Assembly (NCBI GenBank): GCA_000960865.2
Contig: JZWU02000006.1
Span: 1 to 64,000, forward strand
Source: Vulcanisaeta sp. AZ3
GTDB taxonomy: Archaea; Thermoproteota; Thermoprotei; Thermoproteales; Thermocladiaceae
Direction: 5' to 3'
DNA: 64,000 bases
Both the position numbers and the translations under genes were made by a program. The notes under the pieces were generated by a model that saw only the letters and a list, made by a program, of their open reading frames with translations, did not search any database and was not told the origin of the DNA. Shown here piece after piece: positions 1 through 9,015 of this stretch; position 1 is the first letter of the stretch; each line of letters begins with the position of its first letter.

Positions 1-47
1 AGACCGGCTATTCCAGTCCCTATAACCAGGACCATTTTTCCGAACAT
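1..47 (-). CDS. N-terminus of an FAD/NAD(P)-dependent oxidoreductase (runs off the window edge)
   Basis: Reverse strand reads MFGKMVLVIGTGIAG, a Rossmann GxGxxG dinucleotide-binding start; AT-rich TATA-like sequence upstream. Confidence 0.7.
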   Translation of the reverse strand, partial: MFGKMVLVIGTGIAG

Positions 48-98
48 GTGTTCGATGATATAAAATCTTTTCTATAATAAAAAAGGTCTTTATTTATT

Positions 99-356
99 TT
101 AGGTTACTCTAAAGTTTAATGTCTCGTGGGCGTCATGTATGAGAGCCATTGATAAACATTTACCTAAGTCAATGCTCGTACCTAACCTCCTAGCCTCACT
201 ACATATTATTAGGGTTAGGTAACTTGTGAGTAATTCATGTTCTCCAACACTCTCAGCAATATCCTTAGGAACGCCCCGTTGTACCCAACCTACTCTGGGT
301 ATGTTTAAGGCTGTGTCTAGGATATTTAGGATCTTAATTAGTAACGATGACACCAA
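99..356 (-). pseudogene. Truncated HD-domain phosphohydrolase (YfbR/HDDC2-like)
   Basis: Motifs PRVGW, ESVGEH and IHDAHE are present, but the ORF stops a few residues after the HD motif at 85 aa, about half the usual length. Confidence 0.7.
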
Positions 357-413
357 TATGTGGAATAGGCTAACTTAAAAACTTATTAGTAAAATTCGCG
401 GATCCGACGAGAG

Positions 414-1262
414 ATGTTACCTGAGCTTAATGAATTAACGAGAGATTATTTAGTGAGATTAATTAATAAATTCAAATTAAAGCCCAAAAGGAGACTTAGT
501 CAGCATTTCGTTATTGAACCAACTCTCATAAAGGACGTTATTAATCATGTAGAACCAAACTTAAGGGTCCTCGAAATAGGTACTGGCATTGGTGTACTCA
601 CTTACTACTTGGCTAAGGTATCGTCTAATGTTGTGAGTATCGAGATTGATGGAAACCTTGTTAAAATTGCTGAGAGGATCTTGAGAGGCGTTAATAACGT
701 ATCTATTATTCAGGGAGATGCCTTAAGTGTGCCTTGGCCTTCGGTAGATGCTATTGTTTCAAACGTCCCTTACTCCATAACCTCGGCATTAATAATAAGG
801 ATAATTAGGGAGGGAGTGCCTAGGGCCTTGTTAACGATACAGAGGGAGGTTGCTAATAGACTCCTCAGTGGTCCTGGTGGTGATGATTATGGTAGATTAA
901 GTATAGTAACTCAATGTCACTACATGGTAGAGTTATTGGGCATTTATTCACCTGACTCGTTTTATCCAAGCCCTGAGGTTTATTCATCACTAATAATGAT
1001 GACTAGGAGAAATCCTTGTTATTGGGATTTGGAGGTTCTTGAGTTGGTCACTAACATGCTCTTTAGGCATAGGAATAGGGTCGTTAGGTGGGTTCTTAAT
1101 AAGTACCTGGGTCCTGAGGCCGTAAGTGAGGCAGTTAAGGGTGGTGTTGATGTGAATGCTAGGGTGAGGCAGTTGGGTGTTAATGATGTTGTAGCAATTA
1201 TAGAATCCTTGAGACCATATATGGATAAGATAAGGGCCTTAGTTAATAGTTCAGGAGATTAG
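414..1262 (+). CDS. rsmA: 16S rRNA (adenine-N6,N6)-dimethyltransferase KsgA/Dim1
   Basis: SQHF, VLEIGTGIG, SNVPYSI and YGRLSI motifs. Confidence 0.95.
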   Translation: MLPELNELTRDYLVRLINKFKLKPKRRLSQHFVIEPTLIKDVINHVEPNLRVLEIGTGIGVLTYYLAKVSSNVVSIEIDGNLVKIAERILRGVNNVSIIQGDALSVPWPSVDAIVSNVPYSITSALIIRIIREGVPRALLTIQREVANRLLSGPGGDDYGRLSIVTQCHYMVELLGIYSPDSFYPSPEVYSSLIMMTRRNPCYWDLEVLELVTNMLFRHRNRVVRWVLNKYLGPEAVSEAVKGGVDVNARVRQLGVNDVVAIIESLRPYMDKIRALVNSSGD

Positions 1263-2182
1263 GCGTTCATAACAATGCTAAGAAGGTCTCTAGCAGCAAT
1301 TACATTAGGGAAGATTTCGGATGCCTCGTAGGAAAGAACTTCTGGGTCAGGGTACCTATTACTTATATGTGTTAATATTAATTTATCAACACCAGTCTCT
1401 TTAGCTATAGACGCAGCGTCAATTGACCTTGAGTGACCTTGATTCCAGACTAAGTTTCCATCCTCATCGGCTGAGAATGTAGAATCATGTATTAAGAGCT
1501 GGGCGTCCTTAGCTATGCTAACCACATTCTTGGTTGGAGCAGTATCACCAGTGTACACGAGTTTCATGATTCCGCTGGATGTAACATTAACTACATCCTC
1601 AGGTTTCACAATCCTACCGTCATCTAGTACTACTACGTAACCCATGTGTAACTTCTTCCAATAAGTCACGGGTATTCCAAGTTCCCTGGCTCTCTCAGGA
1701 TTGAACTTACCTGCGTAAGTCCTCCAGGTCAGGGCGTAGGCGCAGTCAGGTACTGTGTGTTTGGCTGAGATGCACTGTAGATTAAAGCCCTCCTCATTAA
1801 TCACATCCTTAATTTCATCAGTGGGTTCAACCTCATATACCCTAACAGTAAAGGATGGATCACCAACGATCTCCATGGAACTCTTTACGAAATTTAAAAC
1901 GCCTCGAGGTCCACTAATTACGAGGTCCTCCTTCCTGCCTAGCATTGCCATGGTTGCCAGCAGACCTGGTAATCCAAACACATGATCCCCATGTAAGTGT
2001 GTAATGAATATATGCGTTATTTTCAGTGGACTAACACCAACCTCAAGCAACCTATATTGAACACCCTCACCAGCATCGAGTAGTATCCTCCTATTACCAT
2101 CTTCAATGAATATGGCTGGTAGAAATCTATCCTTACCTGGGATCCCCGCTCCCGTGCCTAAGAATGTGGCTTTAATAATCAT
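1259..2182 (-). CDS. rnz: Ribonuclease Z (tRNA 3' processing)
   Basis: FLGTG, THLHGDH, exosite arm, YTGDT, HDST and THISNRY motifs. Confidence 0.95.
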   Translation of the reverse strand: MIIKATFLGTGAGIPGKDRFLPAIFIEDGNRRILLDAGEGVQYRLLEVGVSPLKITHIFITHLHGDHVFGLPGLLATMAMLGRKEDLVISGPRGVLNFVKSSMEIVGDPSFTVRVYEVEPTDEIKDVINEEGFNLQCISAKHTVPDCAYALTWRTYAGKFNPERARELGIPVTYWKKLHMGYVVVLDDGRIVKPEDVVNVTSSGIMKLVYTGDTAPTKNVVSIAKDAQLLIHDSTFSADEDGNLVWNQGHSRSIDAASIAKETGVDKLILTHISNRYPDPEVLSYEASEIFPNVIAARDLLSIVMNA

Positions 2183-2240
2183 CCTAAATTAATAATTCGA
2201 GTTCATTTAAATATGAAACTAATTTAATTATTAAAATTAA

Positions 2241-2966
2241 ATGAATAATATAGATGACGTAGATATTAAGGAGATCACTAAGAACTTTAGGTTGAGCTAT
2301 AGTAAGGACGGAGTAGTAATGTACGTAATACCCAGAGAAGATGCTAAACCATTAATGGCTAAGGGTTTACCAACAAGTAATGAAGATATGATACTCTATG
2401 GAACGAGAATAATCCTCCACATACCCTGTGATGGTACTATTTACGGCAGACACCTAATTCAGTTGGATTATGCATTGTGGGGTGTTTACGTAGTAACTAC
2501 AGTTAGGGATTGCAAGATTAGTATTGATTGGAACGAACAAGGCATAAGTACGGGGATTGACTTAAGGGATTATGAAGCATTGTTGATTATTGTGAGATTG
2601 ATGGGACTGAGCAGACGTAGGGCTAGGCCTAGTAGTGACGTGCTAAGAATCATGAGGATTCTGGGCATTTGGGGTAAATTATTATACTCTGATCTGGGCC
2701 GAGAAATACAGGTCTTTGGTATTGTGAAGGGGCCTAGTTATTCATCTCAGGGTGATTGTGTGATTGAGGTGGTTATTGGTAATTGGAGGCTTTCGTTTAT
2801 TGGCTGCGGTTTTGTTCTCAAGGATTGTGTTAATAATGTTCAATTTCTAATAATCACTAACATAGGGGGTATAATCGTTAGTCGGTATTATCCTTCATTG
2901 GGTTACTGGTATGAGTTAGGTAGAGTGAGGGGTTTCGATAGGTACTTCATTGCCTTAAAAGGTTAG
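2241..2966 (+). CDS. Hypothetical protein
   Basis: 241-aa ORF with typical codon usage; no recognised motif. Confidence 0.7.
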   Translation: MNNIDDVDIKEITKNFRLSYSKDGVVMYVIPREDAKPLMAKGLPTSNEDMILYGTRIILHIPCDGTIYGRHLIQLDYALWGVYVVTTVRDCKISIDWNEQGISTGIDLRDYEALLIIVRLMGLSRRRARPSSDVLRIMRILGIWGKLLYSDLGREIQVFGIVKGPSYSSQGDCVIEVVIGNWRLSFIGCGFVLKDCVNNVQFLIITNIGGIIVSRYYPSLGYWYELGRVRGFDRYFIALKG

Positions 2967-3629
2967 ACCTGCATGCTTTAGGAATATGGAGTTTAAGCGT
3001 GGGCTGTCGAGCATCATCATATTACTAATCATGTACATTCTGAACTCCTTAAGTATTAATTGAGTGTATAGACTAATGAGCGCTCTTGCTGCATCATCCT
3101 CATCTACATTAACATGGTACTGTTTTCCAGTCTTCTTAACCCAGTCGAGGCATATGTCATGGCTTGGGCACACATTTCTGCACTCATGCGTATTTGATGT
3201 TGGTGTTAACATTATGAATCTATGGGCCTTCATGTCGATGAAAGCTCCGTAATTCGCAGGTATTAATATCCTCATACTATTCCCATTAACATCAAGCTTA
3301 AAGCCGAGGTATACTATGGCTGATGGCACGTAGTATATCCTATTAGCCTCCCTACTTAGCCCGATAGCCCTGACCTCCTCATTATTTAACTGTCTAACCC
3401 ATCCGAAATCCTCAAGCATCTTAACGTGCCTATGAACAATGCCCTTAAGAACTCCTAATTCCTGAGCAATCGATGTTACAGTCATTGGACCCCTACTCAA
3501 CATATTCATTATTTTAATCCTCATGTCATTACTCATCAATGCCTCAAAGGACTCAATAGGTAAAATAACCACTGACTTAACATTCATTCTAAAGAGATCC
3601 AAGCCCTCTAGCGTGCTTATCTTAATCAT
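2955..3629 (-). CDS. ArsR-like winged-helix transcriptional regulator with Cys/His-containing C-terminal domain
   Basis: RIKIMNML..GPMTVTSIAQELG..VHRHVKMLEDFGWV helix-turn-helix; HECRNVCPSHDIC cluster. Confidence 0.8.
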   Translation of the reverse strand: MIKISTLEGLDLFRMNVKSVVILPIESFEALMSNDMRIKIMNMLSRGPMTVTSIAQELGVLKGIVHRHVKMLEDFGWVRQLNNEEVRAIGLSREANRIYYVPSAIVYLGFKLDVNGNSMRILIPANYGAFIDMKAHRFIMLTPTSNTHECRNVCPSHDICLDWVKKTGKQYHVNVDEDDAARALISLYTQLILKEFRMYMISNMMMLDSPRLNSIFLKHAGLTF

Positions 3630-3715
3630 CCTATTCCTTAGGATTTAACATGAAGAGTAAGTTTAAAACTCTATTTCGGCAGATTTTAAGAAGGAATAAG
3701 GGGCTCGGTGTTTTA

Positions 3716-4777
3716 ATGTGGAGAGTTAGTATTAATAGAATTGAAAGAAGTAGGGAAATAATTAAGATAAATGGCGATACACCTCAGGTTGGAACGCTAG
3801 CCTTTGGAATCGTAGATAGAGGTACAAACATAATAGAGGTTAGACCAACAACCCTATGCCCGCTCTCTTGCATATACTGCTCAGTCAATGCAGGCCCAAA
3901 CTCAACTAATAGATGGGCTGAGTTTATCGTGGAGCCCGACGCCCTAGTAAGTGCGTTAGAGGAGGTTGTTAGGTTTAAGGGGGTTAATGATGCCGAGGCT
4001 CATATAGATGGTATGGGAGAGCCTGGAGTCTATCCTCACTTGGTCAAGTTGATTCGTGAGATTAAGTCAATAAGTGGTGTAGCTAGGGTCTCAATGCAGA
4101 CAAGGCTTTATATGCTAAGTGAAGATTCCCTTAAGGAGTTAGCCGAGGCTGGCCTAGATAGGATAAATCTAAGCATTGATTCTCTAAATCCCGAACTTGC
4201 GAGAAAAATAAGTGGAGCGCCTTGGTATAATGTTAACCGTGTAATGGAACTAGCAGCTAAGGCCGTTGAGCTTGGTATAAACGTTATTGCTTCACCGGTC
4301 TGGTTACCTGGTATTAATGATATTGACATGATTGATATTATTAAGTGGGCAAGCAATACAGGATTTGGTGGTAAATTACCACCGGTCCTAATTCAGAAGT
4401 ATATACCTCATAAGAGGGGTAGGAAGGTCAGGGTTAGAGTCATGACTTGGCATGATTTTTGGAGTATGTTAAAAGACCTTGAGAAGGAGCTAGGTATAAG
4501 GTTGACTGTAACTAATGAAGAGTTAAACATTCATAAGGCACCGCAGTTACCCAAGCCCTTTAGGGTTAATGAGGATGTTAAGGTTAGGATTATAGGCAGG
4601 GGGTTAATTAAGGGTGAGTTCCTGGGCATAGTTCAGCCATTAAGAGGCTCTGCGATTTATGATAGGGCAATAACCGTAATAGCAGAGCCACATCTTGAGA
4701 GAGTTATAATGAATAGCCAGGTTAGGGTTAGGATTATCGAGAATGGGAATAATATATACATTGGTAGGTTGGTTTAG
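3716..4777 (+). CDS. Radical SAM protein with C-terminal TRAM-like domain
   Basis: CPLSCIYC (CxxxCxxC), DRGTN and IDGMGEP motifs. ATG 3716 fits promoter spacing better than the ORF-track start at 3650. Confidence 0.88.
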   Translation: MWRVSINRIERSREIIKINGDTPQVGTLAFGIVDRGTNIIEVRPTTLCPLSCIYCSVNAGPNSTNRWAEFIVEPDALVSALEEVVRFKGVNDAEAHIDGMGEPGVYPHLVKLIREIKSISGVARVSMQTRLYMLSEDSLKELAEAGLDRINLSIDSLNPELARKISGAPWYNVNRVMELAAKAVELGINVIASPVWLPGINDIDMIDIIKWASNTGFGGKLPPVLIQKYIPHKRGRKVRVRVMTWHDFWSMLKDLEKELGIRLTVTNEELNIHKAPQLPKPFRVNEDVKVRIIGRGLIKGEFLGIVQPLRGSAIYDRAITVIAEPHLERVIMNSQVRVRIIENGNNIYIGRLV

Positions 4778-4849
4778 TTATTTAGTTATTTACTACTATA
4801 TTGATTATTTATAAATTATTTAAGAAACACTTAATTAATACAGTCACTA

Positions 4850-5647
4850 GTGTTAGTGATGGTTAGTAGAGTTGCTATTATTTCAGGGAGCGGGCGCGGT
4901 ATTGGCAGGGCTATAGCCATTAGATTAGCCAAAGAGGGTTTTGGCGTTGTTGTGAACTATAAGAGGCATGATGAGGAGGGTGAGGAAACGATGAGGCTAA
5001 TTAAGAACGTGAATGGCGAGGCAATGATGGTTAAGGCAGATGTGGCCACCGCTGATGGGGCAAAGACTGTCATTAATGAGGCGATTAAGCAGTGGGGTTC
5101 TGTGGACATTCTCGTTAATAATGCAGGTCTTGGTATAATGATGCCCTTCGTAGATGTGGATGAAGAGTTATGGGATAAGATAATAAATACAAACCTAAAG
5201 TCGGCATACCTACTTAGTAGATTTGCTATACCCCATATGGTAAAGAGGGGTTGGGGTAGGATAATAAACATAAGCTCAATAGAGGGCATAATAGGCGCTG
5301 CCTACAATGTGCCCTATGCAACAGCCAAGGCAGCCTTAATAGGCTTCACGAAAGCCCTCGCAGCTGAATTAGCCCCATATGGCATTACAGTGAATGCCAT
5401 AGCGCCTGGTCTCGTTAGAACTAAAATGGGCATGAGCCTACTCCAGGTGCTAAATATTAAGGAGGAGGAGTGGATTAGGAGTAGTACGTTGACTGGTAGG
5501 CTTATAGAGCCTGAGGAGATTGCTGAGACCGTGGCCTTCCTAGTGAATGATTTGGCTAAGAATATAACGGGGCAAGTCCTTGTGGTAGATTCCGGAATAT
5601 CAATATTACCTGCCTCAAGGCACCTAGCTAATGCGCTAGGGCAGTGA
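4850..5647 (+). CDS. Short-chain dehydrogenase/reductase (FabG-like)
   Basis: SGSGRGIG, NNAG and YATAK (YxxxK) motifs. Confidence 0.92.
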   Translation: MLVMVSRVAIISGSGRGIGRAIAIRLAKEGFGVVVNYKRHDEEGEETMRLIKNVNGEAMMVKADVATADGAKTVINEAIKQWGSVDILVNNAGLGIMMPFVDVDEELWDKIINTNLKSAYLLSRFAIPHMVKRGWGRIINISSIEGIIGAAYNVPYATAKAALIGFTKALAAELAPYGITVNAIAPGLVRTKMGMSLLQVLNIKEEEWIRSSTLTGRLIEPEEIAETVAFLVNDLAKNITGQVLVVDSGISILPASRHLANALGQ

Positions 5648-5657
5648 CAAAACGCAT

Positions 5658-6336
5658 TCAAGACTCAAAAGGCCACTGCTCCTCTCTATACGCCATATCC
5701 CAAAAACATATATTCATAGATACTTGCCTGCCTGAAGATCGATAGTAATTTATTGAATTCTCTCATTAAATAGTCACTAGCTCTATCAATTATGCCTCTT
5801 AAATCATTGACTATTCTCTCGTAATCAAGGCTTAGGTAAACCCTTGCCCAGTCCCTATAAACATCAATAGGATTGGCCTTAAGCCTCTCTGCATGATACC
5901 TTGCAATCTCAAGGTAAGTCCAATAGCATGGTAATATTGCCACTAAACCCTCATATGGTGTCCCTAGAGTACATGTATTTAGTAGGAAGTTCATATACGC
6001 TGTATTAGTGGGGCTTGGTTTGATCTTAATAATATCTTCAAGCCTTAAGTCAAGTCTATTGAGTAATTTATTATAGTTCTCAAGTTCTGTTGTAACATCA
6101 GCCAGGGCTAGCTCGAGTACTGTTCTCATTACCTGTGGATCTTCAAGTTTAGACACAATTATTGCTTGACACTTGGTTAATGTTATTAGGTAATTATAGT
6201 CTTGAATCACGTAAAAATTAAACTTATTCATGGGCAGCGAACCGTTAAATAATTCTATGACAAATGAGTGATTAAGTATCCTACTCCAAATATCGTTGGA
6301 GGAGGATCTCAATAATTCTGTAATCCCTGAACCCAC
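5658..6336 (-). CDS. tenA: Thiaminase II / TenA family protein (one extra base near the 3' end)
   Basis: YVIQDYNYL, LPCYWTY and YEYMF motifs. Removing one base from the A5 run at 5702-5706 restores the family C-terminus FWDMAYREEQWPFES*; the ORF as given ends at 5686. Confidence 0.88.
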
Positions 6337-6373
6337 AATAATTATAATCGTTTATCCCCCTATATAAAATTCA

Positions 6374-8251
6374 TTACCTCTTACTATTACTCCTCTTTTC
6401 ACTTAATGATTCCCTTAATGCCTTTATGAGCTCTGCAGAGACCTCGTTCTGTCTGTCCATGAATTTTGCATAAATCTTTCTGGCCTCATCCTTAAAGGTG
6501 AACAGTACGTCGTTGGGCTTTAGAGAACCCTTCGTTATTTCCATCAGGGCCTTCTCCATACGTGATCTAAACCAAGGATCAATTAATTCCTGACCAGTCC
6601 TACTCAATATGCTTATTACCGCCTTACCGAGAGGCGTTGGTACACATTGCTTATTTCTAATCCTGAAGTATCCACGGATTACGTTTGTGTGTATGTGATC
6701 CTGCATTGTGGCATCAGTCCCAATGCCATACCTTTTCATTAATCTTAATAACTCAGACTCAGAGAGGTATGGTGGCGGTTCCGTCTCCCTCTCCTCAATC
6801 CACGCCTTTATTATCTTCAGTTCCTCGCCTTGCTTAAGCCTCGGCAAAACTCTCTCATTGGGTTCCTCGAATGGATAAATCTCTAAGTAACCCCTACTGA
6901 TTATCCTTAAACCATTTGTCCCAAATCTGTGTCCAGCAACCTCAAGAACTATTCTCTGCCTCTCCACAATGGCTGGCGGACTAAGAGTCGCTAGAAAATG
7001 TCTCACTACTAGGTCGTAAATCCTCCAATACCTCTCATTCTTAAAGTACTTAAGTAATTCCTGCCTCGTGGTGCCCCTCGTTGGGTATATTGGTGGGTGC
7101 GCTCCGTCATTACTATCACCATGAGTTGGCCTTATTAGTGCTCCCAATAACGATTTAGCATAGTCTCCATACTCGCTACGGGTTAATTCGAGCAATATAT
7201 GCTTGAGGTTTAAGGATTGTGGGTAAATATTTGTCTCGGTCCTTGGGTACGATATATAACCATGCCTATACAACTCCTCGGCAATGTCTAAGGCCGCCTT
7301 AGGCCTAATGTTGAGGAACCTACTAGCCCTTCTCTCAAGTTCTATCGTGTCGAGGGGTATTGGTGGATTTAGGGGTTCTTCTTTATAGTTAGCCATGGTC
7401 ACCTTAGCCATGCCACTACTCTTCACAAGATCCAAAACTTTCTCTGCTTCATGTCTGTCTTTAAATGAACCATCGTGATTTAGAGTTAATTCTTTGCCGT
7501 TTGCATTAACAGTTATGCGTATCTCATAATACTTCTCAGGCTTGAAATTCTCTCTTTCTAGTGCTCTCTGAACTACTAGGTTAAGTACTGGTGTTTGGCA
7601 TGGCCCATAACTCAGGAAACTACCCCTGGGTAATGCTTTTCTGTCTACTTTCTCGACGCTTATGGTTAATGTTCTCGTAAATACGGCACCTAGTGTTAGG
7701 TCTAGAATCATCCTCGTGAATACTCTCTTTGCAAGTCCTGGGTTTAAAGTTGATGGTGAATTGAAAGCCTCGACGATATCATCCTTAGTCACTGCCGAGA
7801 ATAGAACCCTCTTAAATATGGCTCCTGGGTTGGAATTCCTAATTACTAACATGGCCTCGTATGCTATGGCCTCACCCTCAGGGTCTGCATCAAGGGCTAA
7901 GTAAACGATCTTAGCATTGGAGCCTTGGTTAATTAAGGCTCTCACGTAGTTCACATTTTCCTCTCTAATCATTAGTATGGGATCCACGTCGAATAATTTC
8001 GAGGGTTCTACTGAGTACCACCTATTCATATTCTCAGGGAAATCGACATTCATTATATGACCCCTAAGTCCAATGCTCACCCACTGTTGGTTATTCCTCA
8101 CGAACCAGTAAGTCTTAATATTATTTATCTTCCTAACATCAACATTACCTTGGGCTAGGTACTTGGCTATTGCTCTAGCCACTGAATCCTTTTCTGCAAC
8201 AACTAGGGAACCAATTGCCATTATTCTAACCCAATTATTTTCTCGAAACAT
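6374..8251 (-). CDS. topA: DNA topoisomerase type IA (crenarchaeal Topo III/TopA)
   Basis: Toprim AEK and DADPEGE, catalytic YISYPRT, GAHPPIYPT and GIGTDAT; the start may be ATG 8221. Confidence 0.95.
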   Translation of the reverse strand: MFRENNWVRIMAIGSLVVAEKDSVARAIAKYLAQGNVDVRKINNIKTYWFVRNNQQWVSIGLRGHIMNVDFPENMNRWYSVEPSKLFDVDPILMIREENVNYVRALINQGSNAKIVYLALDADPEGEAIAYEAMLVIRNSNPGAIFKRVLFSAVTKDDIVEAFNSPSTLNPGLAKRVFTRMILDLTLGAVFTRTLTISVEKVDRKALPRGSFLSYGPCQTPVLNLVVQRALERENFKPEKYYEIRITVNANGKELTLNHDGSFKDRHEAEKVLDLVKSSGMAKVTMANYKEEPLNPPIPLDTIELERRASRFLNIRPKAALDIAEELYRHGYISYPRTETNIYPQSLNLKHILLELTRSEYGDYAKSLLGALIRPTHGDSNDGAHPPIYPTRGTTRQELLKYFKNERYWRIYDLVVRHFLATLSPPAIVERQRIVLEVAGHRFGTNGLRIISRGYLEIYPFEEPNERVLPRLKQGEELKIIKAWIEERETEPPPYLSESELLRLMKRYGIGTDATMQDHIHTNVIRGYFRIRNKQCVPTPLGKAVISILSRTGQELIDPWFRSRMEKALMEITKGSLKPNDVLFTFKDEARKIYAKFMDRQNEVSAELIKALRESLSEKRSNSKR

Positions 8252-8298
8252 TTATTAACTTATTAAATAACTAAGTTGATAACCAACGGTGTAATAAC

Positions 8299-9015
8299 AT
8301 GAGCGAAAAGAAACCAGAGGAGAAGCAGGGTAGGAGACCACCATACCAGCAACAATACCCAGCCTATCCACCCCCACCACCTCCGCCTCCACCATACCCT
8401 ACCGTACCGCCTCCATACCCACCCCCACCACAGTATAGAACACAACCACAAGTTCCACCACAACCATATACACAGCCTTATCAATTACCACCAAGACCTA
8501 CACCACCAAGCAGACCTATTCAACAACCAAGAATTGAGGAATTGACACCAAACGTTAGTAAGATAGTACTTTACGTAGGAATACCCTTGGCATTAATAGC
8601 TATGGTCTTTACCATCACGTTCATGGTACTATTCCCAACTGCAAATGATGCATATGCACCCTACTCCTCAATAGCATTTATGGCATCCTTAATAGCCATA
8701 GCTGCAGCCTTAATAGTGAGCTTCGTGGCTATGTACCAAATAGCCATGGGACTTGATAAGAAGTTCGAATATATATTAAGAACTATGAGACAGCAATCCG
8801 TAACTCAATCCGTACAAGTAGCTCCGCCCGCTCAGCCACAGTACGCGGCACCGCAACCTCCACCAACACCAGAGAGATTATTTGCACCTGCGCCTAGACC
8901 GCAACAACTACAAAAATCACAACCACCGCAACAGCAGGAACAGACAACAACGCCTCCTGGTGTAAATGAGGAAGGTAAGAAGCAAGGTGAGGATGAGGAG
9001 TTTAGTGAGGAGTAA
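8299..9015 (+). CDS. Pro/Gln-rich membrane protein with two transmembrane helices
   Basis: Polyproline N-terminus, two hydrophobic segments, PQ-rich then acidic C-terminus. Confidence 0.8.
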   Translation: MSEKKPEEKQGRRPPYQQQYPAYPPPPPPPPPYPTVPPPYPPPPQYRTQPQVPPQPYTQPYQLPPRPTPPSRPIQQPRIEELTPNVSKIVLYVGIPLALIAMVFTITFMVLFPTANDAYAPYSSIAFMASLIAIAAALIVSFVAMYQIAMGLDKKFEYILRTMRQQSVTQSVQVAPPAQPQYAAPQPPPTPERLFAPAPRPQQLQKSQPPQQQEQTTTPPGVNEEGKKQGEDEEFSEE

